A stretch of 64,000 nt of DNA from Macrostomum hystrix (lineage: Eukaryota > Animalia > Platyhelminthes): NCBI GenBank assembly GCA_950097015.1, contig CATNEN010000024.1, positions 744,001 through 808,000 on the forward strand. Direction: 5' to 3'. The notes beneath the pieces were generated by a model. The model saw only the letters and a list, made by a program, of their open reading frames with translations, was not told the origin of the DNA and ran no database searches. The position numbers and the translations under genes are program-made. Each line of letters begins with the position of its first letter. The first letter of the stretch is position 1. Shown in pieces: positions 12,801 to 24,800 of this stretch.

Positions 12801-15800
12801 TGAGACACGGGAGAGATGAGACACGGGAGAGATGAGACAGGGGAGAGATGAGACACGGGAGAGATGAGACACGGGAGAGATGAGACACGGGAGAGATGAG
12901 ACACGGGAGAGATGAGACACGGGAGAGATGAGACACGGGAGAGATGAGACACGGGAGAGATGAGACACGGGAGAGATGAGACACGGGAGAGATGAGACAC
13001 GGGAGAGATGAGACACGGGAGAGATGAGACACGGGAGAGATGAGACACGGGAGAGATGAGACACGGGAGAGATGAGACACGGGAGAGATGAGACACGGGA
13101 GAGATGAGACACGGGAGAGATGAGACACGGGAGAGATGAGACACGGGAGTGATGAGACACGGGAGAGATGAGACACGGGAGAGATGAGACACGGGAGAGA
13201 TGAGACACGGGAGAGATGAGACACGGGAGAGATGAGACACGGGAGAGATGAGACACGGGAGAGATGAGACACGGGAGAGATGAGACACGGGAGAGATGAG
13301 ACACGGGAGAGATGAGACACGGGAGTGATGAGACACGGGAGAGATGAGACACGGGAGAGATGAGACACGGGAGAGATGAGACAGGGGAGAGACGAGACAG
13401 GGGAGAGATGAGACACGTGAGTGATGATACACGGTTAGATGAGACACGGGCATGAGGCAGGGGATCGAGAGATGAGTCTGGGGATCGAGAGATAAGTCTG
13501 GGGATCGAGAGATGAGGCAGGGATCGAGAGATGAGGCAGGGGATCGAGAGATGAGTCTGGGGATCGAGAGATGAGGCAGGGATCGAGAGATGATGCAGGG
13601 ATCGAGAGATGAGGCAGGGGATTGAGAGATGAGGCAGGGGATCGAGAGATGAGTCTGGGGATCGAGGGATGAGGCAGGGGAGCCGGATTCAGGAAACCTG
13701 TCTGCCGTACTCAGCCTTCAGAGGGAAGGTTGCCGACCCCTGCTCAGCAGTCTCTTTCTATGTCCCAACCTGTCAAATTTTTACCAGCAGCAAGTTATCA
13801 TGCCCCCAACAAGTTAGGGAGCAGGTTTTTTATGAAAGAATTCCTAATGCGCAACACAGGTTCCGCTGCAGCAGAGAGCACACAGTTAGCTAGTTAGCTA
13901 GTTTGATCACGCAACTTACTGCTGAAGCCAGTTGATAACAATTTGCTATACCAGCATGTTCTGCCCCGCCATTGACTCAACTATCAGGGTGCAATAAAAC
14001 AGAGCGGGCAACTGGCTGTCCCCGTCCTAACAACTGCAGCAATTCAGGTAGCTATAGGCCTCCCCCCCGACAGTGGCAGAATATATAACAACTGTCATAC
14101 CAGATGGGTCCCTTAAGTTGGCATATACAGTTTTTTTAAATGTATAACTGCCCCGAGAAATAATGAGCTGCTTTGAGTTTGCCGGCCTGGAACTAAGAGG
14201 GGCTGTTTTATTGTGTGAGTTTTTTGTCAGTTTAATAAATTTTATTCTCATCTTCCTACGCAAAAAACCTTCGGATCTTGTCTAGAAATTTTTTTCCCAA
14301 CAAAAGTTCTTTCCTATTTTGATAATAAACAATTTTTTACGACATAATCGTTTTCTAAAGACTTGGTCCACTTTTTGCTTTGCAGCTAAATTAACTCTTT
14401 ATGTTCTGGTTTTAATGTTCTAATTCTTATTTGTTGCTGATTCCTTGTTTTACAGGAAAATTAATCCAAAACATTTCAGGGATTGCAAGTGGCCCTTCCA
14501 TCGGCCGCACTGGCTTTGTCTACTCACAATCAGAAGTTGGATACCACCAGTGAGTGACCATTACTGAGTGACAATATGCTGTAGATACTAGAGTGACAGT
14601 CGGCTGTAGATGCTAGAGGGACAATCGGCTGTAGATGCTAGAGTGACAACAGGCTGTAGATGCTAGAGTGACAACAGGCTGTAGATTCTAGAGTGACAAC
14701 AGGCTGTAGATGCTAGAGTGACAACAGGCTGTAGATGCTAGAGTGACAACAGGCTGTAGATGCTAGAGTGACAACAGGCTGTAGATACTAGAGTGACAAC
14801 AGGCTGTAGATGCTAGAGTGACAACAGGCTGTAGATGCTAGAGTGACAACAGGCTGTAGATACTAGAGTGACAACAGGCTGTAGATGCTAGACTATTAAA
14901 CCAGACACAACAAAGACTGAAATTCACAAAAAGTTTAGGAGCCAAATAATAGAAGCGAAGATGCGTAGAAAAAAAGGGGGATAATTTGAAGCAGTTCGGC
15001 TACAGAAGATGATAGCTTGGCCAGCAAGCAGAGGAAGGAAGAGGGAGAGGTGGGCCCTGCTCACGGCTGAGCACGATCGAGTTTATTGAGCAGCAGCTCC
15101 AGTGCTGCTGAATAATTTAACAAAAGATGAGGAGAAGTGGTATTGATGAAGTGTAGGCAGTGGCAGCAGCAGCAGCAGCAGCAGCAAAATGTTTTCTCCT
15201 CACTTTTCTGCTATCCCTTTTCTTCTCGCTGGCTTTGTGCTCAGACGAGTTTAAATCTTCTCAGAGCATTGCAAGGCGTTCAAACCGCGTTCCGATTTGC
15301 AGGCCACTATCACATCTTCGTTGGCGACCTGGCGCCAGAGATTGAGTCGCACCAGCTTAAAGAGGCGTTCTCAGCCTTCGGCATTGTGACGTGAGTTTGA
15401 TAAAAAGGGAAAATTAAATTGGGACTTGGATAGCTAGGACTGGGATTTTTATAGCTAGGGTTGGGATTTCTGTAGCTAGAATTGGGATTTTTGTAGCTAG
15501 CATCTGGATTTTTGTAGCTAACAGTGGGATTTCGGTAGCTAGTAGTGGGATTTCGGTAACTAGCGTTGGGATTTCGGTAGCTAGCGTTGGGATTTCGGTA
15601 GCTAGCATTGGGATTTCGGTAGCTAGCATTGGGATTTCGGTAGCTAGCATTGGGATTTCGGTAGCTAGCATTGGGATTTCGGTAGCTAGTAGTGGGATTT
15701 CGGTAGCTAGCATTGGGATTTCGGTAGCTAGCGTTAGGATTTCGGTAGCTAGCATTGGGATTTCGGTAGCTAGCATTGGGATTTCGGTAGCTAGCATTGG

Positions 15801-18800
15801 GATTTCGGTAGCTAGCATTGGGATCTTGGGATCGAATGTTCCAATGTTTGACGTTCTAGACATTAGATTTCTGGTTTTGTTGAACGATGAGAAAATCCTA
15901 AGCGAGACAAAGAAACACAAATCTGTCACTTTGACTCCGGCTTAACCGGATCTGACTGGAACCACCAATGCGTTAGTCGAGTACAAAATGAGATGCCGTG
16001 GTTCGATTACCCGGCCTCAGAGTCTGAATATAGTCGGCAGCCGGTTAGAGTTCAGCAATCAGGAGGCTGGTTTAACTAACCTGACCGCGACGCTGCTGCC
16101 ATATAGATCACTTCCTGGCCAAAGGGAATGAGATTCGTATTGAATAAACAGGCCGCAGATCCCGCAGTCGGATCCTATTATGTGTGCGCTCGTTCTGTCG
16201 TGCTGGCGTCAGGGAGACAGGGGTCTCTCTATCTCTATCTCTCTCTCTACTTCTTGCTTTTCATAGGTTTTCTTCTCTATTTTCTTCTTACTCAATCGCA
16301 ATCATTTACGCCCAACTTCGTCTGTCAACATTTAAGATTTTTTGTGAGTTTTCTACTCAGTTGATCTTACCTTGCTCAGACTGTGCACAATGATTGTGCT
16401 CAGGCATTTAAATTGGATGTCTGGCGTGGCAAAGACTGACAGGCGAAGGAGGGGGAGAGACTAAACTAAATAGTTTATGCAGACAATGAGATAAATGATA
16501 AGAGGCTGGCGGATAGGAGATAGTGATCCCTAAACGGAGTTCGCAGAAAATGAGAGGGAGATAACGGAGAAGAGATAAGGTAAGGGAGATTGGGGAGTGA
16601 GAGGGGAGATAGTGAGAGCGGAGATAGGGAGAGGGGAGATAGTGAGAGCGGAGATAGGGAGAGGGGAGATAGTGAGAGCGGGAGATAGGGAGAGGGGAGA
16701 TAGTGAGAGCGGGAGATAGGGAGAGGGGAGATAGTGAGAGCGGAAGATAGGGAGATGGGAGATAGGGAGAGGGGAGATAGGGAGAGGGGAGATAGGGAGA
16801 GGGGAGATAGTGAGAGCGGGAGATAGTGAGAGCGGGAGATAGTGAGAGCGGGAGATAGGGAGATGGGAGATAGGGAGAGGGGAGATAGGGAGAGGGGAGA
16901 TAGGGAGAGGGGAGATAGTGAGAGCGGGAGATAGGGAGAGGGGAGATAGTGAGAGCGGGAGATAGGGAGAGGGGAGATAGTGAGAGCGGAGATAGGGAGA
17001 GGGGAGATAGGGATAGTAGAGATAGGGAGAGGGGAGATAGGGAGAGGGGAGATATGGAGAGGGGAGATATGGAGAGGGGAGATAGTGAGAGGGGAATAGG
17101 AAGAGGAGAGATGGGCAGAGGAGAGATGGGGAGAGGGGAGATAGTGAGAGGGGAGATAGTGAGAGGGGAGATAGTGAGACGGGAGATAGGGAGAGGGGAG
17201 ATAGTGAGAGGGGAGATATGGAGAGGGGAGATAGTGAGAGGGGAATAGGAAGAGGAGAGATGGGCAGAGGAGAGATGGGGAGAGGGGAGATAGTGAGAGG
17301 GGAGATAGTGAGAGGGGAGATAGTGAGACGGGAGATAGGGAGAGGGGAGATAGTGAGAGGGGAGATATGGAGAGGGGAGATAGTGAGAGGGGAGATATGG
17401 AGAGGGGAGATAGTGAGAGGGGAATAGGAAGAGGAGAGATGGGCAGAGGAGAGATGGGGAGAGGGGAGATAGTGAGAGGGGAGATAGTGAGACGGGAGAT
17501 AAGGAGAGGGGAGATAGAGAGAGAGGAGATATGGAGAAGGGAATTGGAAGAATGGACAACAAGCTGAACCTGAGCTGAGGAGTGTTCTCATTAAGGAGTG
17601 TTAAAAAAGCAGGGTTTAATTTCAAACTGATTGGCAGCAGTTTTCGTGCTAGTCCAGCTCAGTCAGTTATGTCCTAATGTTACAAAAGCGATTCTCAACT
17701 GATAAAAGCTTCGAACAGAATCTAGTCAAATCGATTCTCTCATTATTGAAAGCTAATCAACGAGTCAGGAAATCAATTAAAAATAGTAGGGCTGGGACTC
17801 CTGGGATGGCCTCCCGGCCCCAGTCGAGCATTGCTGTTGAAGATCATTTTGAGTAGGGCAAACGGTTGGCAGCCGAGGCTAGGAGAGATCGTGTAACCGA
17901 CAAGGGGTCCGCAGTGGGATTTCGAGCTAAACAACCTGTATAAATAATGAGCTGCCGGTGCATCTCAGGCTTCCTCCATGGCTGAAATGGCCAATAAACA
18001 GCTGCAGAGAAAAAAAACTGGCCTCTTGTAGACTCAGCAACACTCGGGGAATGAGAAAGAAGAAAGATAAGACTCCGCGCCTAAGCGCGCCTTATCGCAT
18101 TTCTCCCTGCAGGGCCGAAACCGAGAGTTGGATTCTGTTGAGGTGGTGGCGCAAGAGAAGCTGCATTGCACCCATTCGATCCATAGTCAGCTCTCTCATT
18201 TCTGGTCTATTTCAGAAGAGCAGCAGAGCAGGCATTTGTCCATGCAGTCCTCTCTCTCTCTCTGAGTCGTTTTACGACCGCTTCCGGGCGGTTGTCATTT
18301 TTTTCTCGGCGATTTATTATCATGCCCCATCCACAGCCCAGCACACCGGGGGGATCTTGGCCTGATGGGAGAGGTGAGCTGATCCCCAAAAAACCTCAAC
18401 AAACTTGATGCCGGTGGTGCTCAGTTTAATGTAGGCTATTAATTATTATCGTTTCTGGTCACGTGGAGGTGCTAAAATCATTCGTCCGCGATTTTCGCAT
18501 CAACTGATGAATTCGCGATGTTGGAGCAAACACGAAATATTAATTGTAACTTTTTAAAGCGATATTTTGGGCTTTAATGTAGAAAGGAATTTACGTTCTA
18601 AAGTACATTTAAATAAAACTTCAAATCAAACATTTAAATTTTCTGACCTTGAGCGCTCAACAGATTTTTTGGGGTTCTTATATCGGGACGCGATAAACGA
18701 CTTGACAAAAAACTGATAAGGAAGTGCTATTTTTAGAACTCAACCGAAGGCCCACTGTCACGTGATTATGATAAGATAGGCGTTCAGCCCCGTGTTGGTT

Positions 18801-21800
18801 GGATTGGCTGAGGCTTCAAGTGTATTCTATTATTATCGTCCAATCGAATCCTGAATGGCGCTAATACAGCCAATTCTTCTCTGCCTTTCAGCGAGTGCAA
18901 GATCATCAAAGACATGCACACTCAGAAGCCTAAGGGCTATGGCTTTGTGGCGTACGCCAACAGAGAGGAAGCCGAGGAGGCTATGCAGAAGATGAACGGC
19001 CAGCTCCTGGGATCAAGGACCATCCGAACTAACTGGGCCGTCAGGAAGCCGCCCCAGCCGCCAGGTGGGTGATACGGGAGTGGCATTAACCCAACTAAAT
19101 TAATTAAGGATTCGATTCATACTTAATTCAGCAGTTTTTTCTTTGTTTTAATCGCATCAGAGTAGAAAAAATGATTGAAGCCTACTTTGCATTTTTTTCC
19201 CAACTGGAGGCTGAAGAGTGTGCCGGTAATTTTTTAAAAAGCATTTTTAGTAATTGGATAAGCACTTATTTAAATGTCAGCCAATATACTTGTAAAAGGC
19301 GCCTATACCGGCTGCAGCGTCCCCTAGGGAGATGAAAATCCCACTGCCCGAGAAGGCGAAATAATAATATGGGAAGATGTAGGAAAATTGCAAATCGACC
19401 CAGATCCTCACAGATATCTCCTGACTCCTTTTTCTATACTCACTCTTTTGCTTATTCTTCTCAAGTACATCAGCAGACACATCAAAGGTGTCGACATAAA
19501 ATTAAAAATATGTTAATGAGCAAGCGTCGAAATTCAAAGATTTTCTAGCGAAGAAAAAAAGGAAAATAAATTTGAGCACCGAGGTCTCTGGGCAGCTCCG
19601 GCCAAGCTAAAATGCGGAATCTGAGCAGTCGGGGGGGGTGGGAATCGGCCCTAATTTATGCCGGAGCCACCGCCACCTTACCCACATGTACACCCGCACA
19701 CATGCTATACATATATCTATAGTATATACAAATACAAGTATATGCGCACATGCGTGCCGCCAAATCGATGAGGCCAGAATTCTGGCAATCAGGCTGGTGG
19801 GGTGGGGGCGGGACTGACCAAGGGAATTTGGGATGCCGCTGCCGTTAGCCAGGATTGAAGAGATCGAGAAATGAAAAGGAGGAGAAAACTTCACCACGGG
19901 AGTCTAGATGGAGACCATTGGGAAGGAGGGAGCGGGTGCGGCGAATCGGGAACGCCCCAGTGTAAAGTGGGCCTGCCGGGTTTGTCGGGAACGAGGAGGT
20001 AGTTCGACTTTTTGGTTCGAGTCCGGGCCAAAGGGATCTTCTTGGGAAGCAATCTCGGTGGGCCGCCGCTCCAATTTTCCTATCTCTTTCTCTCTTTCCT
20101 AACTGAGAAAGTGCACAATGAACACTAGCTGCACCGCAGTCCTGGTACAGATATAGAAAATAGACCAATTAAGCCATAATCGACACGCTTTACAGACCGT
20201 CTTTACAGCTATCGTAATTTTTTAAATCATCGTTTAGTTAAAGTCGACATCCTCGACACACACATCCACGGTTCCCATGAGCCATTTTTCACTGGTTGGC
20301 CGCATCCAGGATTCCCATGAGTCATTATTCAGTGATTCTCCGCATCCAGGATTCCCATGAGTCATTATTCAGTGATTCTCCGCATCCAGGATTCCCATGA
20401 GTCATTATTCAGTGATTCTCCACATCCAGGATTCCCATGAGTTATTATTCAGTGATTCTCCACATCCAGGATTCCCATGAGTCATTATTCAGTGATTCTC
20501 CGCATCCAGGATTCCCATGAGTCATTATTCAGTGATTCTCCACATCCAGGATTCCCATGAGTCATTATTCAGTGATTCTCCACATCCAGGATTCCCATGA
20601 GTCATTATTCAGTGATTCTCCACATTCAGGATTCCCATGAGTCATTATTCAGTGATTCTCCGCATCCAGGATTCCCATGAGTTATTATTCAGTGATTCTC
20701 CGCATCCAGAATTCCCATGAGTCATTATTCAGTGATTCTCCACATTCAGGATTCCCATGAGTCATTATTCAGTGATTCTCCGCATCCAGGATTCCCATGA
20801 GTCATTATTCAGTGATTCTCCGCATCCAGGATTCCCATGAGTCATTATTCAGTGATTCTCCGCATCCAGGATTCCCATGAGTCATTATTCAGTGATTCTC
20901 CGCATCCAGGATTCCCATGAGTCATTATTCAGTGATTCTCCGCATCCAGGATTCCCATGAGTCATTATTCAGTGATTCTCCGCATCCAGGATTCCCATGA
21001 GTCATTATTCAGTGATTCTCCACATCCAGGATTCCCATGAGTCATTATTCAGTGATTCTCCACATCCAGAATTCCCATGAGTCATTATTCAGTGATTCTC
21101 CACATCCAGGATTCCCATGAGTCATTATTCAGTGATTCTCCACATCCAGGATTCCCATGAGTCATTATTCAGTGATTCTCCACATCCTGAATTCCCATGA
21201 GTCATTATTCAGTGATTCTCCACATTCAGGATTCCCATGAGTCATTATTCAGTGATTCTCCGCATCCAGGATTCCCATGAGTCATTATTCAGTGATTCTC
21301 CGCATCCAGGATTCCCATGAGTCATTATTCAGTGATTCTCCGCATCCAGGATTCCCATGAGTCATTATTCAGTGATTCTCCGCATCCAGGATTCCCATGA
21401 GTCATTATTCAGTGATTCTCCGCATCCAGGATTCCAATGAGTCATTATTCAGTGATTCTCCACATCCAGGATTCCCATGAGTCATTATTCAGTGATTCTC
21501 CACATCCAGGATTCCCATGAGTCATTATTCAGTGATTCTCCACATCCAGGATTCCCATGAGTCATTATTCAGTGATTCTCCACATCCAGGATTCCCATGA
21601 GTCATTATTCAGTGATTCTCCACATCCAGGATTCCCATGAGTCATTATTCAGTGATTCTCTGCATCCAGGATTTCCATGAGTCATTGTTCAGAGATTCGC
21701 TGGGATTCCCATGAGTCATTGTTCAGAGATTCGCTGGGATTCCCATGAGTTTTTGTTCAGTGGTTTTCCGCATCCAGGATTCCCATGAGTCATTATTCAG

Positions 21801-24800
21801 TGATTCTCCGCATCCAGGATTCCCATGAGTCATTATTCAGTGATTCTCCGCATCCAGGATTCCCATGAGTCATTATTCAGTGATTCTCCACATCCAGGAT
21901 TCCCATGAGTCATTATTCAGTGATTCTCCACATCCAGGATTCCCATGAGTCATTATTCAGTGATTCTCCACATCCAGGATTCCCATGAGTCATTATTCAG
22001 TGATTCTCCACATCCAGGATTCCCATGAGTCATTATTCAGTGATTCTCCGCATCCAGGATTCCCATGAGTCATTATTCAGTGATTCTCTGCATCCAGGAT
22101 TCCCATGAGTCATTATACAGTGATTCTCTGCATCCAGGATTCCCATGAGTCATTATTCAGTGATTCTCCGCATCCAGGATTCCCATGAGTCATTATTCAG
22201 TGATTCTCCACATCCAGGATTCCCATGAGTCATTATTCAGTGATTCTCCGCATCCAGGATTCCCATGAGTCATTATTCAGTGATTCTCCACATCCAGGAT
22301 TCCCATGAGTCATTATTCAGTGATTCTCCACATCCAGGATTCCCATGAGTCATTATTCAGTGATTCTCCACATCCAGGATTCCCATGAGTCATTATTCAG
22401 TGATTCTCTGCATCCAGGATTCCCATGAGTCATTATTCAGTGATTCTCCGCATCCAGGATTTCCATGAGTCATTGTTCAGAGATTCGCTGGGATTCCCAT
22501 GAGTCATTGTTCAGAGATTCGCTGGGATTCCCATGAGTCATTGTTCAGAGATTCGCTGGGATTCCCATGAGTTTTTGTTCAGTGGTTTTCCGCATCCAGG
22601 ATTCCCATGAGTCATTGTTCAGTGGTTGGCTGCATCCAGGATTCCCATGAGTCATTGTTCAGTGGTTGGCTGCATCCAGGATTCCCATTAGTCATTGTTC
22701 AGTGGTTGGCTGCATCCAGGATTCCCATGAGTCATTGTTCAGTGGTTTTCCGCATCCAGGATTCCCATGAGTCATTGTTCAGTGGTTTTCCGCATCCAGG
22801 ATTCCCATGAGTCATTGTTCAGTGATTCTCCGCATCTAAAATTAATTTATTAACCAACCCCCGTCCTTCCATTATTCTGAGGTTCATAATTGAGTAATAA
22901 AGCTTACACAAGCATGTTTTAACGACTGTGTAAATGGCAATTAAAATCAACGAATTGTTGGTCTCATGCCTTGTTAGCTATGCTCATAGATTGCTGTAAA
23001 TTATCACGGGATAACAATGAAGCCAAACAGTTCATAATCCACCCTGTGCCACTAGCACTCATCCCTTCACCTGCCCTCACAGCACATAATGCGATCATAA
23101 AAAAAATTTTAATGACAAAATCCAGCAGAATTTTTGTGTTTTTTTTCTCTGCTAACCCAACGGAAAGCACCAGAGCAAACTAATTTGCCAGCATGCTTTC
23201 ACAAGTGGAAGATAGCGCTGTATCTATCCCTGAACGCCCTCGTCATTGTTCCAAACTCACCTCTGTATAGGGCAAAGTGTTAGGAAAATTGTTAAACAGA
23301 TCCTCCGCTCTCTAGCCAAATTGCCATCAGCCGATCGTCCTCCAGTCTTCCACTCTCGGGTCTCGCCACTCAACCAGACTCTAGAATTCCGCCACTGCAG
23401 ACCATCCAACTCTCCGCTCTCCCCCTCCCTACCAGGACCCAGCGTGGACTAACACATCCCTTAACATTCTATTTTCGCTTTTCATTCGCTATTGAGCATT
23501 CTTTGAAAAAGCTCACTAGCTCCTTTAGACACACTTATAAACCCGTCAGCCATTCTCTAAGCTCACGCTTCGTATTCTGGCTTGAATAGTTTGTTGCTTT
23601 GCAATCTCACTCCATTCTGTCTCTCTGTCCCTCCAAAGTCGCCGCTTGTTTCAAACCCGCCCTACTGAACGCATTGCATGACAATTGCATGACATTCTCT
23701 TCTCCCACTGTCTGTGGACAAGTGGGAGCAGCTCTAGCCGTCCAACCTTTCTGCCATGACTGGCCAACAATATCCTAGCTTAAGCTTTATTATGTAGCTT
23801 AGCGGATAGAAACCCATAAATTAATGACAGCGGCTGTCCTTTTACCAGATATTGCGAGTAATTTGATATGGCTGCCCTACTCTCTCCACTCTACTTTTCC
23901 TGTCTGCCCTCCTCTCTCCACTCTACTTTTCCTGTCTGCCCTCCTCTCTCCACTCTACTTTTCCTGTCTGCCCTCCTCTCTCCACTCTACTTTTCCTGTC
24001 TGCCCTCCTCTCTCCACTCTACTTTTCCTGTCTGCCCTCCTCTCTCCACTCTTCTTTTCCTGTCTGCCCTCCTCTCTCCTCTCTCCACTCTACTTTTCCT
24101 GTCTGCCCTCCTCTCTCCACTCTTCTTTTCCTGTCTGCCCTCCTCTCTCCACTCTTCTTTTCCTGTCTGCCCTCCTCTCTCCACTCTACTTTTCCTGTCT
24201 GCCCTCCTCTCTCCTCTCTCCACTCTACTTTTCCTGTCTGCCCTCCTCTCTCCACTCTACTTTTCCTGTCTGCCCTCCTCTCTCCACTCTTCTTTTCCTG
24301 TCTGCCCTCCTTTCTCCACTCTACTTTTCCTGTCTGCCCTCCTCTCTCCACTCTACTTTTCCTGTCTGCCCTCCTCTCTCCACTCTACTTTTCTACTTTT
24401 CCTGTCTGCCCTACTCTCTCCACTCTACTTTTCCTGTCTGCCCTCCTCTCTCCACTCTACTTTTCCTGTCTGCCCTCCTCTCTCCACTCTTCTTTTCCTG
24501 TCTGCCCTCCTTTCTCCACTCTACTTTTCCTGTCTGCCCTCCTCTCTCCACTCTACTTTTCCTGTCTGCCCTCCTCTCTCCACTCTTCTTTTCCTGTCTG
24601 CCCTCCTCTCTCCACTCTACTTTTCCTGTCTGCCCTCCTCTCTCCACTCTACTTTTCCTGTCTGCCCTCCTCTCTCCACTCTACTTTTCCTGTCTGCCCT
24701 CCTCTCTCCACTCTACTTTTCCTGTCTGCCCTCCTCTCTCCACTCTACTTTTCCTGTCTGCCCTCCTCTCTCCACTCTACTTTTCCTGTCTGCCCTCCTC

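Noticed and set aside
12212-13741. hAT MITE enclosing the 16-bp satellite
   Set aside because: Left (CGATGATTCTCAAA) and right (CAGGGGTCGGCAAC) ends do not match each other and no 8-bp TSD is present.
20285-22835. CRISPR-like array (also 43955-47520 and others)
   Set aside because: Units are head-to-tail with no unique spacers, no cas genes are present, and the context is eukaryotic introns.
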